From an uncultured Verrucomicrobiae bacterium (GTDB lineage Bacteria; Verrucomicrobiota; Verrucomicrobiia; Limisphaerales; Palsa-1400): a DNA stretch of 64,000 nucleotides. Positions 49,811 to 58,255 of this stretch are shown in pieces (the first letter of the stretch is position 1; each line of letters starts with the position of its first letter). The notes under the pieces are model-generated. The model was not told the origin of the DNA, ran no database searches, and saw only the letters and a program-made list of their open reading frames with translations. Location of the stretch: assembly GCA_963707025.1 (NCBI GenBank), contig CAVPOM010000008.1:32001-96000 (forward strand), in the 5' to 3' direction. A program made the translations under genes and the position numbers.

Positions 49811-49898
49811 TGGTGGGAAGTGCTGGTAATGCTCCAGTCGTCGCTTCCGACATGTTTTGAGACGTCCGGGTTACGGCCGGATTGCCGGATCACTTCCC
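49811..49898 (-). tRNA. tRNA-Tyr(GUA), D-armless, long variable region
   Basis: TCCGG-CCGTAAC-CCGGA; GGGAAGTG/CACTTCCC acceptor; A73-CCA. Confidence 0.7.
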
Positions 49899-49904
49899 TG
49901 AGAT

Positions 49905-49977
49905 TGGTAGCGGGGGTGGGAGTTGCGCCCACGGAGGCTGAGCTTATGGGGCTCGCCTGAATCTCATTCTCCCCGCA
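49905..49977 (-). tRNA. initiator-like tRNA-Met(CAU), reduced D-arm
   Basis: GAGC-CCCATAA-GCTC; 1:72 mismatch. Confidence 0.75.
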
Positions 49978-49983
49978 GTGAAA

Positions 49984-50058
49984 TGGTGGAGTCGGTGGGT
50001 AGCGCGCCCACATCAACCTGCTTGCAGGGCAGGTGCATTGCTTGTCTGCCACGACCCC
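49984..50058 (-). tRNA. tRNA-Ala(UGC), C33
   Basis: CCTGC-CCTGCAA-GCAGG; G3:U70 present. Confidence 0.9.
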
Positions 50059-50064
50059 GGAAAA

Positions 50065-50136
50065 TGGCAGGCTGCCTCCGTGCTGCCCGGAGTAAGCTGA
50101 GTTTTGGAGACTCGGCCGCGTGCTGACGCTCAGCCT
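50065..50136 (-). tRNA. tRNA-Trp(CCA), reduced D-arm
   Basis: GAGT-CTCCAAA-ACTC; G73-CCA. Confidence 0.78.
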
Positions 50137-50145
50137 GTGCATGAA

Positions 50146-50220
50146 TGGTGCGGCTGCCGGGAGTTGCGCCCGGACTTCCTCCATGGCGAGGAGATATTCT
50201 GCTGCTTAAATCACAGCCGC
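50146..50220 (-). tRNA. tRNA-Gly(GCC), C33
   Basis: TCTCC-TCGCCAT-GGAGG; CCA. Confidence 0.85.
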
Positions 50221-50221
50221 G

Positions 50222-50258
50222 AAAGTAAAAGGGCCGGGAGCGTTCAGGCTCCCGGCCC
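50222..50258 (-). terminator. terminator-like hairpin just before the first tRNA
   Basis: GGGCCGGGAGC-CTGAAC-GCTCCCGGCCC followed by TTTTACTTT. Confidence 0.7.
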
Positions 50259-50520
50259 ATGCCATTTCAACAAAGAACAAACACCTCTTGGTGATCTATG
50301 CGATCCCAACCCGCGGTTTCACGGCGGCTGTTTCGGTGTTTAGGGGCACACCTCCTGCGAAGCCCTTGATATGTAAATCTAAAATTCGTCTCGCTCGTCT
50401 TGATGACGCTGTCTTCCGGTCATGGGCAGACCCCACCGGTGAGGCTTCTCTGCTCGTCCTCGCCAAATTCAAGTTGTCGCCAGAAGACATCACCTGGATG
50501 TCGCTTTGTTCTTGTTCACA
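50259..50520 (-). ncRNA. structured leader RNA containing boxA-like TGTTCTTTG
   Basis: AAGAACAAA/TTTGTTCTT closing helix; GACATC/GATGTC, GCAGA/TCTGC and GGTGT/ACACC stems. Confidence 0.5.
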
Positions 50521-50567
50521 GATTGTCCGTCTTTCGTCGTCACTCGTTCACATTCATGGTGTTCAGG

Positions 50568-50606
50568 AAAAATAAAAAACCCTGCTTGCATTTCGGCAAG
50601 CAGGGT
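50568..50606 (-). terminator. intrinsic terminator (attenuator)
   Basis: ACCCTGCTTGC-CGAAAT-GCAAGCAGGGT followed by TTTTTATTTTT. Confidence 0.9.
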
Positions 50607-50628
50607 GGAAAAAATTCTGTTTCGTTCG

Positions 50629-50799
50629 TTACCTGCTTGCCATGAGTCTATCCAACTTGACCTGTTGTTCCGACGCGGTCCTGGATAGGCTAAGGCTAAA
50701 CACACTACCCGGGTTATACCGGCTATGACGTGTCCCAATGGTCATTGGGGCCGTCGTAATCGGCCAACTCGTGGCTGATATGTTTAAGCAAGTTTTCAT
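50629..50799 (-). CDS. putative 56-aa leader peptide MKTCLNISATSWPITTAPMTIGTRHSRYNPGSVFSLSLSRTASEQQVKLDRLMASR
   Basis: starts just after the promoter; last codons overlap antiterminator GGCAAGCAGG; contains all 20 amino acids. Confidence 0.7.
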   Translation of the reverse strand: MKTCLNISATSWPITTAPMTIGTRHSRYNPGSVFSLSLSRTASEQQVKLDRLMASR

Positions 50800-50812
50800 T
50801 GAACTTATGCGA

Positions 50813-50841
50813 AAGCTATCATGGCGTGTTCATGTCGTCAA
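50813..50841 (-). promoter_or_regulatory. sigma70-type promoter of the tRNA array
   Basis: TTGACG-N17-TAGCTT with extended TG; AT-rich UP-like tract at 50842-50880. Confidence 0.75.
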
Positions 50842-50959
50842 CTACTATTTGAAAATATTTTGAGATTTATTTATTTCTCTCGAATTCAAGTATCGGATTA
50901 GTTGATTTGAGATTCTGCGGCAGCGTCAATCGGGAATCAAATACCACTCGTGACTGCGA

Positions 50960-52058
<1,099 letters not shown>

Positions 52059-52192
52059 TCAACATTAGCACCAGGGCTGGGTTTGGGCGAAGGCGAAGTT
52101 GGATTTCCAAAGGCGGAAGATGATGCTTTTGCTTCTCCCTGGCACCAGAATATTAAGATTGCCTTCCGCGCATCAACCGGGCAGATGAAGAC

Positions 52193-52474
52193 ATGGCTAA
52201 AACACCAAAAAAGGCAAAGAGAACACCGAACGCGGCATTCATGAAACCGGTCACGCCGGACGAGGCCCTCGCCAAAGTAATTGGCGACAAACCCCTTCCA
52301 CGGACGGAGTTGACGAAAAAGCTCTGGGCTTACATCCGCAAGAATGGGTTGCAGGATGCAAAAAAGAAGACCCTCATCAATGCTGACGAGGCGCTGAAAG
52401 CCGTGTTCAACGGCAAGAAGCAGGTCAGCATGTTTGAGATGACCAAGCTGGTCTCCGGGCATGTGAAGAAATAA
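52193..52474 (+). CDS. SWIB/MDM2-domain protein
   Basis: LPRTELTKKLWAYIRKNGLQD...VSMFEMTKLVS.H. Confidence 0.92.
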   Translation: MAKTPKKAKRTPNAAFMKPVTPDEALAKVIGDKPLPRTELTKKLWAYIRKNGLQDAKKKTLINADEALKAVFNGKKQVSMFEMTKLVSGHVKK

Positions 52475-52631
52475 GGGCTGGTCTATCTGCGGGCTTTCTT
52501 CACCTGTCATCCCGGAGCCGAGCGAGTGAGGATGGACGCCTTCGCTATCGTTGCTCGGGCGGCGGCTCCGTTGGCTTCGGCCAAAAGAACGCGACAACAT
52601 TGCCGACTCGGGTAATTGTTGAAGACACAGA

Positions 52632-53408
52632 ATGACTGAATCAAAGAGCCAATGGCAGACAGAAGAACTGGCCACAGCTTTTCTTCAGGGGGTGCGTGGC
52701 GCCATTCCGGGGGCCGACCTTCAACTGGAGGTCATGGGGAAGATCGTGGAACTGTGGATCCCCCGGCCTTCACGAATCCTCGATGTTGGGTGTGGCGACG
52801 GCATTCTGGGTCGCATGTTGCTGGAGAAGTTCCCATGCGCTCATGTGACATTCACTGACTTTTCGGACCCCATGCTCGCGGCAGTTCGGGCCAAGCTCGC
52901 AAATTCATCGAGAGCGACTGTCCTCAAGGCAGATTTCTCAGATCCTTCCTGGTTGGAAGCCATGGCGGACAAAGGCCCCTTCGATGTCGTGGTTTCGGGA
53001 TTCGCCATCCACCATCAGGCAGATGGCCGCAAGAAGGCACTTTATGCCGAGATTCATGGCATTCTCGCTCCGGGAGGCGTCTTCCTGAACCTTGAGCATG
53101 TCGCCTCGGCGACGCGCGCAGGTGAGGAGTTGTTTGACGCCCTGTTTGTTGATCACCTGATTCGTTTCCACAAGAGCGCGAAACCCGGCACAACCCGGCA
53201 AGAAATCGAAGCGACCTACTACAATCGTCCGGACAAAAAGGAAAACATTCTTGCGCCGCTGGATGCGCAATGCCAATGGCTTCGCCAGGCAGGATTTCAG
53301 GACGTGGACTGCTTTTTCAAGGTCTTCGAGTTGGCCCTGTTTGGCGGAAGGAAGGCCTCCAACCCCGCGCTGGCACGAACGAGGCTTCCAACCGTCGCCC
53401 GACTTTGA
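52632..53408 (+). CDS. class I SAM methyltransferase
   Basis: LDVGCGDG and FD.VVSGFAIHH motifs. Confidence 0.88.
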   Translation: MTESKSQWQTEELATAFLQGVRGAIPGADLQLEVMGKIVELWIPRPSRILDVGCGDGILGRMLLEKFPCAHVTFTDFSDPMLAAVRAKLANSSRATVLKADFSDPSWLEAMADKGPFDVVVSGFAIHHQADGRKKALYAEIHGILAPGGVFLNLEHVASATRAGEELFDALFVDHLIRFHKSAKPGTTRQEIEATYYNRPDKKENILAPLDAQCQWLRQAGFQDVDCFFKVFELALFGGRKASNPALARTRLPTVARL

Positions 53409-53478
53409 TCGTGAGGTGTCAGCGCACGCGCGCCGCGGCTAAAAAAGTCGTCTTCCATGCTCAACGAACAGATCACGA

Positions 53479-53650
53479 AATGGAAAAATCCCGGTTGATA
53501 AAACAAATCGTTGCCAGCCTGAGCCAAAGCCTGGGTGTTTTGGAAAAGGCCGCCCGGGCGTCTCATGCGGAGGCCACGCACGAGAGCAGCAAGGCGGAAA
53601 GCAAATACGACACGCGCGGACTCGAAGCGGCTTATCTGGCCGGCGGCCAC
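53479..53650 (+). pseudogene. 5' fragment of a GreA/GreB-family-like gene
   Basis: ATHESSKAESKYDTRGLEAAYLA.G, then unrelated sequence. Confidence 0.6.
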
Positions 53651-53760
53651 CTGCGCCAGCGGCAGACAGGAAAACACCTCCGCCGCCTGAAACAATCCTT
53701 CCCCATCACCAAATGCACGTATTTCCATAGTTCTGGCTCTGGTCCTGCGATCGCACCGCT

Positions 53761-53800
53761 TTCGCGCCAATCACGCCACTTTCGCGCCAATCACGCCACT
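53761..53800. repeat. perfect 20-bp tandem duplication
   Basis: TTCGCGCCAATCACGCCACT x2. Confidence 0.9.
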
Positions 53801-53829
53801 ACAGGAAACGGCCATGTCATTTCGTTGCT

Positions 53830-54129
53830 TCATACCAGGTGCTCTTGCCAGTGCCATGCTTGACCATACAATTCCGGCAGAAGGCGGAGGCGGTAGCGTT
53901 TGACCACCGCAGCTGCTTTGGTTCCCGCCTTATGGTTGGCGAAACGTTCCTCCCGGGTCAGCCCTGTCATCCCAACGTAGATATAGGGTTTCTTGGGATT
54001 GCGCTTCGGGTTTTCGGCACGAACCTTTCGGATTTTGCCGACCGCCGGCTCAAGCAGCACGACGTAAACATTGTGATGGTGCTCCGACAGTTGGCCGGGG
54101 CGGAGTCGCCTGAGCGTTCGACGCTTCAT
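53830..54129 (-). pseudogene. GIY-YIG-like protein, C-terminally truncated
   Basis: VYVV.L...YVGMTG....RF.NHK.G. Confidence 0.55.
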
Positions 54130-54201
54130 TCGGCATCCATCGGGAAATCTGGTTCGTCGTCAACCAACCTAAATTGATTCCGTCTACCATAAGCACGGCA
54201 A

Positions 54202-54651
54202 TCAATCGCTGTTCCGCCAAGTAAGCAAAACGTCGCCCCGGAACCCAGCTATACCCAAACACAGGTACGTGGGGCCGGTCAAGGTCATCCATATCCACGC
54301 CTCTTGGCTTTGTTGCATTCGATCCCGATTCACTTTGAATGGAACTCCTTGGCGCTGATTTCTGCATGCATCGCTGACCCAGGCTTCGATCAAATCGGCC
54401 GTCTCAGCGTCTATCTCACTATCACACCAGCCACCCCACTTCGGCCCGGTGAAGTGGCGTTCAAGGCATTCTGTGCTCCACCGTATTGGGACAAACACCC
54501 CCTCCAGGCCATGATCATTGCACATATGACCGCCAACTTGGTTGTAAATCCACACCCCCGATTTGCAGGGCACAATTAAGCCCGCGCCGTGGTATTCGAG
54601 CAGGTCAATTTTTGGCAAATGTTGCTCGTTTTCAAAAATGTTCTCGTCCAT
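54202..54651 (-). CDS. hypothetical protein
   Basis: NQVGG..C....EG.FVP...EAW...LTW.NSD pattern. Confidence 0.6.
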   Translation of the reverse strand: MDENIFENEQHLPKIDLLEYHGAGLIVPCKSGVWIYNQVGGHMCNDHGLEGVFVPIRWSTECLERHFTGPKWGGWCDSEIDAETADLIEAWVSDACRNQRQGVPFKVNRDRMQQSQEAWIWMTLTGPTYLCLGIAGFRGDVLLTWRNSD

Positions 54652-54698
54652 ACGTCAAATCGATCTGGTTGGTTAAGAAGATGCATGGGAAAAGTGCG

Positions 54699-55137
54699 TT
54701 ATACTCCATAACCCTCCATCGCTTGCAGCACTTTGTTCACCTCTCCTGCCCGCAAACAGTCCAAGGGCCTTGTTCCACCGAGGAAACCCTGGTTTGAAAG
54801 GAAAAATAGCATTCGTCCAAAGTCATCCAGCCGGCAACCCGCACTGAGGATTTTAAGAGTCTCTTCCAAGCCGTCCAGCAACTCGCGGTCTTTGATTTGC
54901 CACACGGGGAAACGCGCCGCGCTCGTCCGTCCGTCATTCAGGCAATGATCTGTCCCCTGTGATACATTTTCAAAATGGCCGCTTTGGAGATGCCAAGCTC
55001 TCCCGCCGCCTTTTCCGCTGACCGGCTTCCCCCATCTGCTTCCATCAGCTTTCGGCGCGCGGTAATTCCCCTGGCCCTGGCCTTGGCCAACCGATTATCA
55101 GCCTCGGGAATTGCCTCGCGCTTTTTCATTTTCACCA
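54699..55137 (-). pseudogene. Xre/MbcA/ParS-like antitoxin (split)
   Basis: ADGG..S...AA..LGIS...FPVWQ...LGG.RPLD.LRAG across two ORFs. Confidence 0.55.
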
Positions 55138-55338
55138 TAGCCATACGACGAGGGAATACAGGCCACCCAGCAATATCGCCCACCCGGCCAGACCGATGGC
55201 ATAGCCTTTCCAGGTGGTGCCCCAAACGCGCCAGTGGTCCATAGAATGAACAGCCCAATATCGAAACAGGTGGGGATCGAAATGGGCGATCACCCGCACC
55301 AATAAAATGAACGGCAAGAGGACAATTATTTTCATGCG

Positions 55339-55743
55339 TCAAGAAGGCTCCCCCGATTCCAGCTCGTAGAGCATTCGGCTCACTTGCGCCTCCGTCATCC
55401 CGTTCAATCTCCGCCGCAGGGCTTCGGCAATGCTCTCTCCTCGGTTCCGCTGTATTTTGCCAGCGTCCAAAAGAGCTGCCAGCCGGTACAAGGCGCCAGA
55501 CCGAAAGTCCTCTTCGGGGTCCGTGCCTGATTCAGGGTCAAGAAATGAACCGGTGACACCACTCGGGCCCCAGCCGAGATCCTCGTCGATCTCCGCCCCG
55601 GTCCGGCGATCAAACTCCCAAGCGCCGCAAATAATGCGATCTGCCGTGAGCTGTGTCACCTTGAACCTCATCGGTTTTGGAATTCCTCCGAACCAGCGCA
55701 AGACAAAATCCCCAACTGCTATTTCTGCAAGTTTTTTGCTCAT
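55339..55743 (-). CDS. hypothetical protein
   Basis: 134-aa ORF in a coupled minus-strand string. Confidence 0.6.
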   Translation of the reverse strand: MSKKLAEIAVGDFVLRWFGGIPKPMRFKVTQLTADRIICGAWEFDRRTGAEIDEDLGWGPSGVTGSFLDPESGTDPEEDFRSGALYRLAALLDAGKIQRNRGESIAEALRRRLNGMTEAQVSRMLYELESGEPS

Positions 55744-56060
55744 AATTCTTTCCCGATGCCGGATGACGGCTCAACCGCCGTGACGGCTGCGGAGTGCCCC
55801 TTCGATGCTTCCAACTCGACCGGCTTGAGAGTAAGCGAGTGTTCGTGTCGCTGGTAATCAACCAGAAGACCCACACCGCGAAGCACATTTTTGATTTCCT
55901 CCGCCCGTAGATTGGGGAACCGTTTGACGAACTCTCCAACGCTCTCCCCATCGGCCAGCGCTTCCAACAGAGCGCGCAGCGGCACTGTTGAACCCTTGAA
56001 GACCCAGGCCCTCTGGCCGGTTCGTCGCGAGACGACCTGGCCTGGCGGGCTTTTCACCAT
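55740..56060 (-). CDS. DUF433-family protein
   Basis: VFKGSTVP...L.E.LA.GES..EF...FP.L. Confidence 0.7.
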   Translation of the reverse strand: MVKSPPGQVVSRRTGQRAWVFKGSTVPLRALLEALADGESVGEFVKRFPNLRAEEIKNVLRGVGLLVDYQRHEHSLTLKPVELEASKGHSAAVTAVEPSSGIGKEL

Positions 56061-56121
56061 GCCCCGAGTTTGGTTTGTGGAATCGCTTCATAGCTTCTCC
56101 TGTTGGCGTATCGTCCACAAC

Positions 56122-56991
56122 TCAACGAGGATTCTCCTCGGCCTCGGTGCTTTCTGCAAAACGTCCGAACAACCGCCGCCGCGCATGGGCAAGAACTTCC
56201 GGCGCAGAAATGTGGCAGGGCCAAAACAGTCCCACCACTTCGCCCGCCTGGCGCAAATGGATGGCCACACTGTCCCTGTGCCATGTGAACCTGACCGAAT
56301 CCAACCGTCGGACGGTGTGGTCATACAAGATCGCCGGGACGGCGGCGCCATGACTGAACCAAACATAGTCCAGCAATCCGATGCGGTGGTAAAACACAGG
56401 ACGCACAGGGCGGCCCCGGGTTTTGGAGACTTCAGCCGTGAAAACCTCATCTTTCTCCGCCGGCCTGAGACCTCTGGGCGGGTGTCCCAACACCTGAACG
56501 ACCGCGCCGGACATGTTGCGACCGCTCCCCCAGGCCGGCTTGTCCCACAAATCCACCGAGTAGGCCGGCCGGTTTTGCCAACGGCCCATGCTGCAACGCA
56601 ATCGAACCCGCTTCCTTTCCAGGGGCCCAGAATTCATGGGGAGAAAGAGGTCCTCGTCCTCCGGATGGATCCGCGTCCACCAAACCGCGTCCCGCAGGAC
56701 CCGGGCCATCGGTATCGAACCGGGTTTCCAAAAAGGACTCGGATCGTTCTCGTAGAGCACGTAGAAGTTCTCTCCCGCAGCGCGCGCTGCCTGCGTGAGC
56801 TTCTCCCCGTCCAACGTCAGGTCCAAGTCGGCCTGTTTCAGCAGCCGACCGTGGATGTTGCAAACCTGCGCGTTGAACACAACAAAGTGGCTGCGGTGCC
56901 GCTTGCAATAGCCGCTTTTTGAATTCGCGATCAGGCGTCCCTCGGTAAAACCATGTTCCCGAAGGACGGCTATGATTTGGTTGTGGTGCAT
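56122..56991 (-). CDS. hypothetical protein
   Basis: 289-aa ORF. Confidence 0.6.
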   Translation of the reverse strand: MHHNQIIAVLREHGFTEGRLIANSKSGYCKRHRSHFVVFNAQVCNIHGRLLKQADLDLTLDGEKLTQAARAAGENFYVLYENDPSPFWKPGSIPMARVLRDAVWWTRIHPEDEDLFLPMNSGPLERKRVRLRCSMGRWQNRPAYSVDLWDKPAWGSGRNMSGAVVQVLGHPPRGLRPAEKDEVFTAEVSKTRGRPVRPVFYHRIGLLDYVWFSHGAAVPAILYDHTVRRLDSVRFTWHRDSVAIHLRQAGEVVGLFWPCHISAPEVLAHARRRLFGRFAESTEAEENPR

Positions 56992-58062
56992 GGAATTAAT
57001 ATTGGGTCTCCATTGAGCATCTCATCTAGCCGATCACCGAGGATTTTCCATTGTCCTCGTTCGATTAGGTCAGCTGGAGCATCTCCTTTCAACCGGGGAT
57101 TCGGTCGTTCCAGCCAGCCGATGAGCACTCCGTGACGCAACCCTCGGTCATAAAATGCCAGCAACAACATCGTCCGGACAATGGCGCATTTTCCTCGCCA
57201 TCCGCGCATTTTCACGATGTCAGGTATTCTTAACATGTCCTCATCGGTTCTGATCGCATGCCCGTACTGCAACTGCCGTTCAGCCCGTGTTTTTTCTTCG
57301 TAGGTTTTCACGTGTTCAATGACCCGATCTGTTTTGCCAGACCGGATCAGATCCAGCGGACGTTGATTATCCAAGGCGTGGCATTTCCCCAGGAAAAACT
57401 CCATCATAACCCATTCGTGGCGGCTGCGAAAAACATGTAAAACGGCTTCGACGCCCGCCAGCACCTTTCCGTCTTCGAACTGCCAAACCGGGAACCGAAT
57501 AGTCAACCCTTCCTCCCATGATACCAAACGTCCGTCACGCAAACGCTCCAGCACTGCCGATTCAGATATTCCGAGCATACGGGCCGCATCTTCAACCGAC
57601 ACTCCGCCTCCGTCAGCGAGCTGCATTGTGCGCCGGCCTGCCTGGCATTCAGCGATGGGGTCCGTGTGTGGATCGATCGTTTCTGGCGTGAGTGAATCGT
57701 TCTCCGGAGGAGGCGTAGCATTGGCTGCGGGCATGGGCCCCTCCATTATGATATCGTTCACCTCATCGGCGAGTCTTCTCCACCGCCCTCCCTGAAGCAG
57801 ATCGACAGGGGACTTTCCAGAGAGCCGGGGATTTGGTTTTTCCAGCCAGCTTCGGAACGCCCCAGCGACCCAAAAACTCTCCAGATCCACCAGAAACAAA
57901 ATGGCGCGAACGACCTCGCGGACATCTTTCGACTGGAGCACTTTGACAGGATTAGATTCCTGTGCGATGTCTTCAGCGCTGGCTATTGCCGGCTTCGATT
58001 TCGAGCGCCGCTTTAATGCGGTGTTCTTTCGTGGAGCACCTAATTGTTTCTGCATAGACATC
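56970..58062 (-). CDS. protein with repeated Xre/MbcA/ParS C-terminal-like domains
   Basis: WLEKPNPRLSGKSPVDLL, ALDNQRPLDLI and WLERPNPRLKGDAPADLI. Confidence 0.6.
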
Positions 58063-58255
58063 ATGGCAGTCGTCCTGCTCAATCGGCAGGTCAATTTCGA
58101 TCGTGGCCTACAATCAAGTTTGGTAAAATCGTGTTCAATCATCACCAGTGGACTTTGTCGGAAAGCTGATGCCGGTGAAAGTGATATCCAACCACATGTA
58201 TTTTCTGCAGTGTGCGGGATTTTCTCCAATCCATCGAGGGATTGGCGGCGACTAT

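Noticed and set aside
50259..50520. T-box riboswitch, tmRNA or GOLLD RNA
   Set aside because: No T-box GGTGGNACC motif, no tRNA-like ends, and too short for GOLLD.
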